A stretch of DNA of 37,737 bases from a virus. The notes beneath the pieces are model-generated. The model was not told where the DNA came from. It did not search any database and worked only from the letters and a program-made list of their open reading frames with translations. The position numbers and the translations under genes were made by a program. The DNA lies in IMG/VR virus record IMGVR_UViG_3300045988_053781, positions 1 to 37,737 of that record. One strand, written 5' to 3'. This document shows, one piece after another, positions 1 through 9,008 of the stretch. Position 1 is the first letter of the stretch. Every line of letters starts with the position of its first letter.

Positions 1-1
1 C

Positions 2-1078
2 GACGCAAAGGACGACGACGCAAAGAACGACGACACAAAGGACGATGCAGAACGCATGAAGGCGCTGGCATCTTACGGCACACGTTCCGCAGTTGTAACC
101 GGCAGCACAAAGGCTGATCTGGAAAAGCGTGTAGCATTCGCAAACTATGTCACTCTTGGTCGGGAAATTCCGGCGGAAATGCGGGCAGCAACCACAACCA
201 CCAACACCGCGAACGCGATTCCGGAAAATCTGATCGAGGAAATTCTGGAAAAGATTGACGCTGTGGGCATGATCCTCCCGCTGCTGACAAAGACCAGCTT
301 TCCGGTCGGTCAGAAAATCCCGATCGACAGCGTGAAGCCGTCCGCCTCTTGGGTTGGAGAAGGACAGGGCTCCGCTGTACAGACAAAGGGAACTCTGGGT
401 GCAATCGTCTTTGGTGCTTTTAAGCTGCGTTGTGAAATTGGCATGACGCAGGAAGTTACAGTACAGACAATTGCCGCTTTCGAAAAGCTGTTTGTAAAGC
501 AGGTTTCAGAAGCTATGGTAAAGGCGATTGAAAGCAAGGTTGTTTCTGCCGACGACGGCAGCACCGGCAACCCGAAGGGCATTTTGTACAACGCGAACGA
601 AGCAAGCACGCCTGACGCAAAGGTTGAGATTGCTGCCGGTACCACAGAGCACCTCACATACAAGACACTGTGCGATATGGAAGCTATGATTCCGCAGCAG
701 TATGAAACCGGCTCGAAGTGGTTCATGACCAAAAAGACCTTTATGGCGTTTGTGGCTATGGTTGACAGCGTAGGACAGCCGATTGCACGTATCAATTACG
801 GCATCAATGGCAAGGCAGAACGTACCCTCATGGGGCGTGACGTTATCCTGTGCGGTGACTACATGGACAGCTACGACGAAGCCACAGCGACAAAGGATAA
901 GGTCGTTGCGTTCCTGTTTGATCCGTCTGACTACGTCCTGAACACAAGCTATGATCTGGGTATCCAGTCTAAGATTGATTGGGACAACGAAGATCACAGA
1001 ACAAAGGCGGTCATGAGTGTTGACGGTGCTGTCATTGACAGAAACAGCCTTGTAAAGCTGGTAAAGAAGTATAAGTAA
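2..1078 (+). CDS. Major capsid protein, HK97-fold family. This is the 3' part; the 5' part is at 37531..37737 across the circular junction.
   Basis: The ORF-track entry 56..1078 stays open upstream to nt 2 in the same frame (DAKDDDAKNDDTKDDAER-MKALASYG...). It follows portal and prohead protease. Length and sequence style fit HK97-type capsid proteins. Confidence 0.8.
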   Translation, partial: DAKDDDAKNDDTKDDAERMKALASYGTRSAVVTGSTKADLEKRVAFANYVTLGREIPAEMRAATTTTNTANAIPENLIEEILEKIDAVGMILPLLTKTSFPVGQKIPIDSVKPSASWVGEGQGSAVQTKGTLGAIVFGAFKLRCEIGMTQEVTVQTIAAFEKLFVKQVSEAMVKAIESKVVSADDGSTGNPKGILYNANEASTPDAKVEIAAGTTEHLTYKTLCDMEAMIPQQYETGSKWFMTKKTFMAFVAMVDSVGQPIARINYGINGKAERTLMGRDVILCGDYMDSYDEATATKDKVVAFLFDPSDYVLNTSYDLGIQSKIDWDNEDHRTKAVMSVDGAVIDRNSLVKLVKKYK

Positions 1079-1094
1079 GAAAGGGTGATCCAGA

Positions 1095-1712
1095 ATGGCA
1101 GATGTAACGATTTTAACAAAAGTGAAAAATGCACTGGGAATTACAAGCACATACATGGACGAAACGATCTCAATTTATATCGATGAAGTTGTTTTTTACA
1201 TGGAAAACGCTGGTATGACTGATGCAATGATTTCCGCATCTGCCGGACTGGTCACCCGCGGCGTAGCGGATTTGTGGAACAATTCCGCGGGACAGGGGAA
1301 GCTGTCGCCGTATTTTTACGATGCGGTTACACAGCGGGTATTATGTAGCAAAAAGGCAAATTGTTCGTATTCTGTTTACATTCCGAAAAGTGATGCGTCT
1401 GCGTTTGGCTGGCTCACGACTGCCGCAGGAAAATTCGTTAAAAATATGATGTTGAACGAATTTCATATAAAAAACGACGACAAACTTGTTGCGTCAGTGA
1501 AATTTCCAGATGGCAGCGTAAAAACCGATACAAACAACGCACTGGGAGATGTGCGGGAAGTATCATTTGACGGAAAAACCGTGACGGTTACAACGGGAAG
1601 AATTTACAGCGTGGAAGAATCAAAGTTTGTGGAAAGCGGTGAATCCGCCGCGATCATGATTGATGAATCTCTTGCCGGCTGTGAAATCCTGTTGGAAGCT
1701 TACTCGAAATAA
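1095..1712 (+). CDS. Head-tail connector (gp6-like N-terminal domain) with an extra C-terminal domain of about 110 aa
   Basis: RBS AAAGGGTGA precedes the ATG. The N-terminus ILTKVKNALGITSTYMDETISIYIDEVVFYMENAG resembles gp6-like DNA-packaging/connector proteins. The gene lies directly after the capsid gene. Confidence 0.55.
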   Translation: MADVTILTKVKNALGITSTYMDETISIYIDEVVFYMENAGMTDAMISASAGLVTRGVADLWNNSAGQGKLSPYFYDAVTQRVLCSKKANCSYSVYIPKSDASAFGWLTTAAGKFVKNMMLNEFHIKNDDKLVASVKFPDGSVKTDTNNALGDVREVSFDGKTVTVTTGRIYSVEESKFVESGESAAIMIDESLAGCEILLEAYSK

Positions 1713-1724
1713 GGCGGTGAAAGT

Positions 1725-2072
1725 ATGTACAGACCGAACGCGATCAATGAGTTGCGGACACCGGTTAAACTTTTGATACCGACAACGGAAAAATACAACG
1801 GAGTTTCAAAAAAGGTTTATCCAAAGGACAGCGAGATCATTTTGTTTGTCAACTGGAAAACATTCGGAGGAACGGAAACAACAGTAAACGGCGTTGTTTC
1901 AATCGTTGACACGGCAGAAGTTACAACGTGGTACCGTCCGGACATCGCGGCAAATTGCCGATTGCTACGGGAAAATGGATCGGTATATGAAATTATTTCA
2001 GAACCTGAAAATTGTGACATGAACAACCAATTCTGTGAATTCAAGGTTGAACGTGTTAAAGGCGGTGTATAG
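1725..2072 (+). CDS. Head closure / head-tail adaptor protein
   Basis: 115 aa with RBS AAGGCGGTGA. Position and size fit the SPP1 gp16 / HK97 gp9-like head-tail joining family. Confidence 0.55.
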   Translation: MYRPNAINELRTPVKLLIPTTEKYNGVSKKVYPKDSEIILFVNWKTFGGTETTVNGVVSIVDTAEVTTWYRPDIAANCRLLRENGSVYEIISEPENCDMNNQFCEFKVERVKGGV

Positions 2073-2075
2073 TGC

Positions 2076-2504
2076 ATGGCAAAAAATAAGTTGACGATTG
2101 ATTTTAAAGGGTTCGACGTGCTGAAAAATCAGCTGGAGCAACTGGGCGGAAACGTCAAAGAAGCCACAGAGAACGCATTGAAAAAGTCTGAAAAAATCGT
2201 GGAGCAAAATTTGATTGAAGCCATGAATCCGCATAACCGAACCCACGATACAGAACGATCGATCATTCGAAACCCGCCTGTTGAATGGACGGGAGAAACA
2301 GCGACGGTAAACGTCGGTTTTGATTTGGAAAATGGCGGTATGCCCTCAGTGTATATCATGTATGGTACTACCCTACACGGACAACCTCATATAGCACCAG
2401 ATCAAAAGCTATACGATGCGATCTATGGGGCGGCGGTGAAGAAAGAAATCAAGAAAATTCAAGAGCAAATTTTTAAGAAAGCAGTTGAGGAGGTAATGAA
2501 GTAA
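2076..2504 (+). CDS. HK97 gp10-like tail-attachment / neck protein
   Basis: 142 aa. The N-terminus KLTIDFKGFDVLKNQLEQLGGNVKEATENALKKS is typical of the HK97-gp10-like family. It sits in the head-tail joining block. Confidence 0.55.
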   Translation: MAKNKLTIDFKGFDVLKNQLEQLGGNVKEATENALKKSEKIVEQNLIEAMNPHNRTHDTERSIIRNPPVEWTGETATVNVGFDLENGGMPSVYIMYGTTLHGQPHIAPDQKLYDAIYGAAVKKEIKKIQEQIFKKAVEEVMK

Positions 2505-2857
2505 TGAAATCTGAGTTGGTTGAACTGCTGGAAACACTTGATTTTCCGGTGTTTTTACAAGGCAGCTTGAACGCTGATGAAGCGTACCCAGATAGCTTTT
2601 TCACCTTTTGGAATTTCAGCAATCCGGAATCTGCTTTTTATGACGACGACGCGAACCGATGCGTCTGGGGCTTTTGGATTTACTTTTACTCAACCGATCC
2701 GAAGCTTGTGGAAGAAATGCCGGAGAAAGCCCGACGGCTTTTGAAAAATAACGGGTGGATCTTACAAGGAAAAGCGGCAGACGTTTCCGTGGACAAGCCC
2801 ACTCACACCGGAGCACTTTTCACAGCGTACAAATTTGAAAATTATGGAAAGGAATGA
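2504..2857 (+). CDS. Putative tail terminator / tail completion protein
   Basis: 117 aa. TAATG start overlap with the upstream gene, RBS GAGGAGG. Assignment is by position only, immediately before the major tail protein. Confidence 0.4.
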   Translation: MKSELVELLETLDFPVFLQGSLNADEAYPDSFFTFWNFSNPESAFYDDDANRCVWGFWIYFYSTDPKLVEEMPEKARRLLKNNGWILQGKAADVSVDKPTHTGALFTAYKFENYGKE

Positions 2858-3492
2858 TTTTTATTATGGCAGATACACAGATCAGCGGAAAGACCGTAGA
2901 ATTTCGCGGCTGCGACAATCTCGTTGTGGCAGAAGTCACCGCGGACAGCAAAAGCGATCCGTATACCGCTGGAAAGGTGGAAATCCTTGCACCAGTAGCG
3001 GAAATCGCAAAGACTGTGGAAAACTCCACAGAAACACACTTTTACGACAACGTCGGCATGATTAACATCAGGTCAGAGGGTTCTGACGAAGTAACGCTGA
3101 CAGTTCCCGCACTTGCACTAGCAACACTGGCGAAACTGATCGGAAAGAACGTGGATGCAGACACCGGAGCATTTCTTGACGGTGACGCAGAGGAACGCTA
3201 TTTTGCTATCGGTTATCGTCTGAAACTCACTGACGGTACATACCGCTATGTATGGCGACTCAAAGGAACTTTCAACATTCCGGACGAAACCAGTTCCACA
3301 GAGAACGACGGCACCGACACCAACAATCAGGAATTAACCTTTACAGGACTGAAAACAATTCATGAATTTACAAACGGCGGTCGGGCAAAGTCTGTTGTTA
3401 TCGATGAACGTGACGGAAAGTGTAATCTGGCGACATTCTTCAACACGGTTCAGACACCGGACACAATCGCAAAGCTGAAAAAGGCGGGCTGA
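2854..3492 (+). CDS. Major tail protein (phi13-like family)
   Basis: 212 aa. An alternative start is the ATG at 2866 (MADTQISGK...). It lies before the chaperone pair and tape measure. A strong hairpin follows the stop codon. Confidence 0.65.
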   Translation: MIFIMADTQISGKTVEFRGCDNLVVAEVTADSKSDPYTAGKVEILAPVAEIAKTVENSTETHFYDNVGMINIRSEGSDEVTLTVPALALATLAKLIGKNVDADTGAFLDGDAEERYFAIGYRLKLTDGTYRYVWRLKGTFNIPDETSSTENDGTDTNNQELTFTGLKTIHEFTNGGRAKSVVIDERDGKCNLATFFNTVQTPDTIAKLKKAG

Positions 3493-3498
3493 TTTTAA

Positions 3499-3516
3499 GG
3501 GGCGGAATGCCGCCCC
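3499..3516 (+). terminator. GC-rich stem-loop after the major tail gene (possible attenuator or mRNA-stabilising hairpin)
   Basis: GGGGCGG (3499-3505), loop AATG, CCGCCCC (3510-3516). No immediate T-tract follows, so termination is probably partial at best. Confidence 0.3.
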
Positions 3517-3551
3517 ATGTACATAATCTTAATTTTTTGGAGGTATAGCAA

Positions 3552-3872
3552 ATGGAACTTAAACTGAAAATCTATGAAGGTAAGAACGTAATCAAGACAT
3601 ATACAGCAGAAACCATTGATTTTTCTTTCGGCGTTGTGGAAGATATTCTTGACATTCTGGACTTCGAGCACATGACCACGAAGTCTGAAATCGGTATCAT
3701 GGTTGTAAAGGCATCGAAGCAGCTGAAACCGTTTTTAAAGGATATTTTCGACGGCGTGACAGATGAGGAAATCAGACACACGCACGTTCAAAACTTGATC
3801 GAAGTGTTCCGCGGACTGTACCACTATGCAGAAACGGAACTCGGTGCCGCGGTTGGTGGCGAAAAAAACTGA
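3552..3872 (+). CDS. Tail assembly chaperone (gpG-like, zero-frame product)
   Basis: 106 aa with RBS GGAGG. It lies between the major tail protein and the tape measure, and ends at a slippery heptamer. Confidence 0.7.
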   Translation: MELKLKIYEGKNVIKTYTAETIDFSFGVVEDILDILDFEHMTTKSEIGIMVVKASKQLKPFLKDIFDGVTDEEIRHTHVQNLIEVFRGLYHYAETELGAAVGGEKN

Positions 3873-4114
3873 GTTCGGGGGAGCAAACCCCCGAAACCAT
3901 GTACCAGATTCTTTTTGATCTTAACACAAATCTGTGTGACCGCTTCCCCGCCCTTGATCCTTTTCGGGTTCGGGAACAGCGGTTTCACGACGTTCTTTTA
4001 ATTTTTCGTAGATTAAATGAACAAGTGAAAGATAAAAAGAGAACACCACAAGCAAGCACAACGAATCGAAATGGCGTAATTCGACGACGGGCAACGAAAG
4101 ACGATTGGTATTAA
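3552..4114 (+). CDS. Tail assembly chaperone frameshift product (gpGT-like), made by a -1 frameshift at 3863-3869
   Basis: The -1 frame is open from the slip site (AAA AAA CTG AGT TCG GGG GAG CAA ACC CCC GAA ACC ATG...) into ORF 3899..4114, which is exactly in the -1 frame relative to 3552. Confidence 0.65.
3863..3895 (+). promoter_or_regulatory. Programmed -1 ribosomal frameshift signal: slippery heptamer A_AAA_AAC plus downstream hairpin
   Basis: A_AAA_AAC at 3863-3869 is in the correct zero-frame register (GAA AAA AAC TGA). An 8-bp stem TTCGGGGG (3874-3881) / CCCCCGAA (3888-3895) begins 5 nt downstream. Confidence 0.7.
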
Positions 4115-4131
4115 AAAGGCGGTGAAAACCA

Positions 4132-7086
4132 TTGGCAGAAGAAAACTTTACTACAAAATTCAAGGTTGATATATCCGATCTGAAAAAAGGTATCAGTGAC
4201 GCGAACAAAACGATCAAAACCGCGAACGCGGAATTTAAAAACGTTGCTGCCGGTATGGAGGATTGGGGCAAGAGTGCCGACGGCGTAACCGCGAAAATTG
4301 AAGCACAAGAAAAAATTGTCGATGCTGAGAAAAAGAAACTCGATCTTTTAAAGCAGCAGTTGGAACGCCTGAACCAGTCGCAGGAAAAAGGAAAGTCGAT
4401 AATCGCAGATCTGACCGCTAAGCATCAGAAAGCCGTTGACACTTACGGTGCATCAAGCGACGAAGCGAAAAAGTATGCAAAGCAGCTTCTTGACGCTCAA
4501 AATGCACAGAACAGAAACGCAAAAGCCGCGGACGATCTGAACACAAAAATTTTAAATCAGGATACCGCCGTAAAAAAAGCGGAAAGAGAACTCGAAAAGT
4601 ATCACGGTGCACTTGACGAAATCAAGGGTACCTCTGACTATCTGAGATCCAAACAGGAACGGCTTACGACTGAGTATAAAAAAGCCGCGAAAGAGTACGG
4701 CAGAAACTCCACCGAAGCGAAAGCCCTGAAAGGTGAACTGAAAGACGTATCCGGACAGCTGAAAAACGTTGAAAAAAGCACCGAAGATACAGAAGCCGCA
4801 ACGAAAGAGTTTACCGGCTCTATGGAAAAAGTCGGCGACGGCTTTTCCGTGGCAAAAGGTGCCATTGCGGATTTTATCGGGAATGCACTCTCGAAGCTAG
4901 CGTCCTCTATCGGTGACGCAATCACCGGTGTAGCAGGGCTGGCAGATGAAACACGCGAATACCGCACAATCATGGGAAGTCTGGAAAACTCTTCACAGCG
5001 GGCAGGATACTCCACCGAAGAAACAGCGGAAACTTTTAAGCAGCTGAACGGCGTTTTAGGTGACACCCAGAGTGCAGCCACGACGACTGCAAACTTGCAA
5101 GCAATTGGGCTGGAGCAAGGAAAGCTGGAAGATCTGACCAACTCCGTGATCGGTGCTTGGGCTAAGTATGGCGACAGTATCCCGATTGACGGATTGGCAG
5201 AAGCTACCAACGAAACAATCAAAGTCGGACAGGTTACCGGCACATTTGCAGACGCGTTGAACTGGGCTCAGATGTCAACTGATGATTATCGGGAAGCCCT
5301 CAGCAGCAACGACGACGCATTGACAGCTTTTAGCAAATCCATTGAGGCCGGAGAAAGCGTTGAAGATGCGTTTTCCGCAGCGTTGGCAGCATGCACTGAC
5401 CAGACACAGCGGGCGGACATTGTCACCCAGACCTTTACAAAAATGGGGCTGAATAAAGCCGGCGAAGCATGGCAGAAAAATAACCAATTCATTGTAGATG
5501 CGAACAATGCACAAGCAGATTATGAACAGTCTACAGCAGAACTTGGTGAAACAATTGAACCTATCACTACCAAAATCAAAGAGGGATTCGGGCGGATCGT
5601 CGAAAAAGTTGTAGAACTCGTGAAGAAAGCGGACTTTTCAAAAGTAGAAGCCGCACTTGATACGGCATTCTCATTTTTCGTTGACACGGTAATTCCCAAA
5701 ATTGAGGACGGTATAAACTTCATCGTTTCACACAAGGACGACATAACAGCATTTTTCGAACCAATCGGTTCCCTTGTTCAAACCGCGTTTACATTTCTGA
5801 TCAACACAGTTTTCCCCGCTATTCAGGCGGGCTTCGGCTGGCTTGTGGATCATAAAGATGAAGTTCTTGCCGCTGTTGCGGGTGTAGCTGCTGCGTTTGT
5901 CGCGTTCAACATTGTAACGATGATTCAAGGCATTGTATCAGCATTTACCACACTGGTAACAGTTATTCGATCTGTCGGCGTGGCACAGGCTGCCTTGAAC
6001 GTAATCATGAGTTTAAACCCCGTCGGTTTGATCGTTGCGGGAATCGCGGCACTAATTGCAATATTTGTTGTTTTATGGAATAAATGTGACGGATTCCGCG
6101 AATTCTGGATCAATTTGTGGGACAAAATCAAGGAAATTGCGTCGGTGACATGGGACGCTATCAGCGGATTCTTTTCCGCTGCATGGGATACGATCAAAGG
6201 TGTTTGGGATACAGTTCAGCCGTATTTCGAAGCAATCTGGGGATCTATCAAAGCCGTGTTCGCAGTCGTCATTGACGTACTGGGCGGATACTTCTCAATG
6301 GCGTGGAACAATATCAAAATCGTTTGGGACGTTGTGACAGGTTATTTCAAAATGATCTGGAACAACATTAAACTAATTTTTTCCGTGGTCAAGAAAGTAC
6401 TCTCCGGTGACTTTTCCGGAGCATGGGACGCAATCAAAAAGATCTGGAACAACGTCAAGACATATTTTTCCGGTGTATGGAACGGAATCAAAGGAATCTT
6501 TTCCAACGTCACCGGATTTTTTAAAGAACATTTCACAGGTGCTTATAATGCGATCAAAAATGTTTTTAATGGAATCGGTGAATTTTTTAGCGGAATTTGG
6601 GAAAACATCAAAGGCGTGTTTACTGGCATCGGCGAAAAAGTCGGTGATGCAATCGGCGGGACATTTAAAAGCGTTATCAACGGAGCGTTGTACGCTGTAG
6701 AAAATGCAATTAATTTGATCCCGAACGCTCTAAATGGTGCGTTGGACGTAATCAACAAACTGCCTGGAATAAATATTCCAAGCGTTCCAACTGTCAGCTT
6801 GCCACGATTGGCAAAAGGCGGCATTGTTGACAAGTCCACACTTGCTGAAATCGGTGAAAATGGTGCCGAAGCAGTAATCCCGCTGGAAAAAAATAAAGCC
6901 GGATTGAAGAAAATTGCTTCCCTACTGTCCAAAGAAATGGGCGGCGGAAAAGCCGGTGGCGGAAATTCTGGCGGTGATAAAGTGTACAACTTTACACAAA
7001 ACGTTTACAGCCCGAAACCGGTTTCCAGATATGACATTTACAGAGATACGAAGAATTTGTTAAACACGGTAAAAAGTAAGGGGTGA
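4132..7086 (+). CDS. Tail tape measure protein
   Basis: 984 aa, TTG start after RBS AAGGCGGTGA. It has a coiled-coil-rich N-terminal half, hydrophobic segments, and a long run of W-x-x-I-K-x-x-F repeats. Its position is canonical. Confidence 0.9.
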   Translation: MAEENFTTKFKVDISDLKKGISDANKTIKTANAEFKNVAAGMEDWGKSADGVTAKIEAQEKIVDAEKKKLDLLKQQLERLNQSQEKGKSIIADLTAKHQKAVDTYGASSDEAKKYAKQLLDAQNAQNRNAKAADDLNTKILNQDTAVKKAERELEKYHGALDEIKGTSDYLRSKQERLTTEYKKAAKEYGRNSTEAKALKGELKDVSGQLKNVEKSTEDTEAATKEFTGSMEKVGDGFSVAKGAIADFIGNALSKLASSIGDAITGVAGLADETREYRTIMGSLENSSQRAGYSTEETAETFKQLNGVLGDTQSAATTTANLQAIGLEQGKLEDLTNSVIGAWAKYGDSIPIDGLAEATNETIKVGQVTGTFADALNWAQMSTDDYREALSSNDDALTAFSKSIEAGESVEDAFSAALAACTDQTQRADIVTQTFTKMGLNKAGEAWQKNNQFIVDANNAQADYEQSTAELGETIEPITTKIKEGFGRIVEKVVELVKKADFSKVEAALDTAFSFFVDTVIPKIEDGINFIVSHKDDITAFFEPIGSLVQTAFTFLINTVFPAIQAGFGWLVDHKDEVLAAVAGVAAAFVAFNIVTMIQGIVSAFTTLVTVIRSVGVAQAALNVIMSLNPVGLIVAGIAALIAIFVVLWNKCDGFREFWINLWDKIKEIASVTWDAISGFFSAAWDTIKGVWDTVQPYFEAIWGSIKAVFAVVIDVLGGYFSMAWNNIKIVWDVVTGYFKMIWNNIKLIFSVVKKVLSGDFSGAWDAIKKIWNNVKTYFSGVWNGIKGIFSNVTGFFKEHFTGAYNAIKNVFNGIGEFFSGIWENIKGVFTGIGEKVGDAIGGTFKSVINGALYAVENAINLIPNALNGALDVINKLPGINIPSVPTVSLPRLAKGGIVDKSTLAEIGENGAEAVIPLEKNKAGLKKIASLLSKEMGGGKAGGGNSGGDKVYNFTQNVYSPKPVSRYDIYRDTKNLLNTVKSKG
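6100..6630 (+). repeat. Degenerate tandem peptide repeats inside the tape measure (W[DN]xIKxxF periodicity)
   Basis: FWINLWDKIKE..WDAISGFF..AWDTIKGVWDTV..IWGSIKAVF..AWNNIKIVWDVV..IWNNIKLIF..AWDAIKKIWNNV..VWNGIKGIF..AYNAIKNVF..IWENIKGVF. Confidence 0.6.
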
Positions 7087-7091
7087 CGTTC

Positions 7092-7940
7092 ATGTTTACG
7101 TTAAAAATTGAAAATTCAAGCGGTGAAATTTTTGAACTGTCACATAATCTTAAAAATTACGCGATTGTCGGTATAGAGGGATTGACACCACCGAAAACCG
7201 TTGTAAACACCAGCACAGGCGGCGGTCTGGACGGAACTTTCTATAATTCGTCACGTGTCGAACAAAGAAATATTGTAATCGATACCATATTAAACGGTGA
7301 TATTGAAGCGAACCGCCAACGGCTGTACAGGATTTTTCCGCGAAAACTCCCCTGCACGATCTATTTTGAAAACAAATATCGGCATGTGAAAATTCTGGGA
7401 TACGTCGAAATTTTAGAGGGAAATTTGTTCGAACAACGAGAACAAATGCAAATTTCAATAATTTGCCCGCGTCCATTCTTTGAAGATATGGAAACAATTT
7501 ATACAGAATTGTCGAGAGTTGTTTCAATGTTCGAGTTCCCTTTTTCAATTTCCGTTCCTATTCCGTTCTCAGAAATTCAACAATACCCCCTCTGCACCAT
7601 CAAAAACACCGGTGATGCGGAATGTGGCTGCACCATTACGGTGGCGATTTCTGGAAATTGCAAAGATCTGACAATTTACAACGTAACAACACAAACGTAC
7701 TTCGGAATTAAGTATGAATTTGTGGACGGCGACGAAATCACGATCAGCACCGTTTCCGGAAAAATGGGCGTAACGCTGAACCGAAAGGGACAGACCAGAA
7801 ATTTATTAAACTACGTCACAGCAGGATCCTCATGGTTCCGGCTGGCGTTGGGTGATAACGATTTCACATTCAAGCAGACTGGAGATTCTGACGCGGTGAA
7901 AATCATGTTTGCAACTGCGATCTTGTACGGGGGTGTATAA
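7092..7940 (+). CDS. Distal tail protein (Dit, siphovirus tail family)
   Basis: About 282 aa. RBS AAGGGGTGA lies 7 nt before the ATG at 7092; the track start 7083 is a GTG overlapping the tape-measure stop. The gene lies immediately after the tape measure. Confidence 0.65.
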   Translation: MFTLKIENSSGEIFELSHNLKNYAIVGIEGLTPPKTVVNTSTGGGLDGTFYNSSRVEQRNIVIDTILNGDIEANRQRLYRIFPRKLPCTIYFENKYRHVKILGYVEILEGNLFEQREQMQISIICPRPFFEDMETIYTELSRVVSMFEFPFSISVPIPFSEIQQYPLCTIKNTGDAECGCTITVAISGNCKDLTIYNVTTQTYFGIKYEFVDGDEITISTVSGKMGVTLNRKGQTRNLLNYVTAGSSWFRLALGDNDFTFKQTGDSDAVKIMFATAILYGGV

Positions 7941-7941
7941 T

Positions 7942-9006
7942 ATGATTTTGTACGTCTGGCATTACTTACAAGGTTCATATTTCAAGGTTTCCGTGATTGA
8001 TTATTCAACCTCGGTGATTTGGGTTAAAAGATTTAACGATGCAGGAGAGTTTGAAATATATTTACCAGCATCAACGGAACTTTTGGAACTCTTTACAGAT
8101 CAAACCATCATCACACGCGACGACGAAGAAACAGTGATGATTTTTGAAAAAATCAAGCTGACAACAGACGACGAAAACGGCGACTATCTCACAATTTCGG
8201 GAAGATCGATTGAAAGCATTATCGAACGACGAATTATTTCCAAACAGACAAATTTCAACGGAAAAGCAGAAAGCTGCATTCGGAAATTTATGGAAGAAAA
8301 TATAATTTCTCCGTCCGACGGAAACCGAAAAATTGATCTTCTGGAACTGGGTGCAGTTCAGGGATATACGGAAACGATTGACAAGCAAGCAACAGGCAAA
8401 AATTTACTTGACACGATCAAGGAAATTTGTGTTTCCTACGGCTACGGTTTCAAAATTCGATTTGTGAACGGAAAATTTATTTTTGACTTGTACAAGGGCA
8501 CAGACAGAAGCTTACATCAATCAGAAAACACGCATGTGGTTTTTTCGTCACAATTCGAAAATCTTGGGAATACAGAATATTCTTATGATATTACAAGTTT
8601 TTACAATTCTGCATACGTCGGCGGCGAGGGTGAAGGAAAAGATCGTGTGATTGAAAACGCTTCTGCTGCTTCTGCCGTCGGCATGTATCGGCGGGAAATG
8701 TGGGTTGACGCTCGAAGCACGTCCAGCAACACCGAGGAATCAACGCTCACACCAAAGCAGTACGCCGCACTTCTGGTACAGCAAGGAAACGAGGAATTGC
8801 GGAACGCGAAAGAAACGAAAGAATTTTCTGGGGAACTGCTGGATATAAACCAGTATGTTTATGGTAAAGACTACCAGCTTGGTGACAAGGTAAGCGTTGT
8901 GAACGAATACGGGATCAGTGGCACGGCAACTGTGACGGAAATCACCGAAGTTGAGGACGAAAACGGCTATAAAATTACGCCGACTTTTAGCGAATGGAGT
9001 GAATAA
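7942..9006 (+). CDS. Tail-associated / baseplate hub-like protein (Sipho_Gp37-like, Tal position)
   Basis: The ATG at 7942 follows the Dit stop by 1 nt. The N-terminus MILYVWHYLQGSYFKVSVIDYSTSVIWVKRFNDAGEFEIYLP resembles the Gp37-like minor structural family. Confidence 0.5.
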   Translation: MILYVWHYLQGSYFKVSVIDYSTSVIWVKRFNDAGEFEIYLPASTELLELFTDQTIITRDDEETVMIFEKIKLTTDDENGDYLTISGRSIESIIERRIISKQTNFNGKAESCIRKFMEENIISPSDGNRKIDLLELGAVQGYTETIDKQATGKNLLDTIKEICVSYGYGFKIRFVNGKFIFDLYKGTDRSLHQSENTHVVFSSQFENLGNTEYSYDITSFYNSAYVGGEGEGKDRVIENASAASAVGMYRREMWVDARSTSSNTEESTLTPKQYAALLVQQGNEELRNAKETKEFSGELLDINQYVYGKDYQLGDKVSVVNEYGISGTATVTEITEVEDENGYKITPTFSEWSE

Positions 9007-9008
9007 AA

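Noticed and set aside
506-1156. Long minus-strand ORFs overlapping well-supported plus-strand genes: 150..404, 310..795, 506..1156, 4638..5243, 6543..6989, 9083..9616, 9908..10456, 21395..22069, 21928..22590, 22693..23352, 25069..25641, 36324..36854 and 36763..37479.
   Set aside because: They are antisense shadows of genes with clear family motifs. They lack ribosome-binding sites, have odd composition (Ser/Cys/Phe/Leu-rich), and would break the tightly coupled operon structure.
6100-6630. Periodic nucleotide repeats in the tape measure gene considered as an independent repeat element or a diversity-generating target.
   Set aside because: They are degenerate in-frame peptide repeats typical of tape measure proteins. 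No reverse transcriptase or template repeat exists anywhere in the window, so a diversity-generating retroelement (DGR) is excluded.
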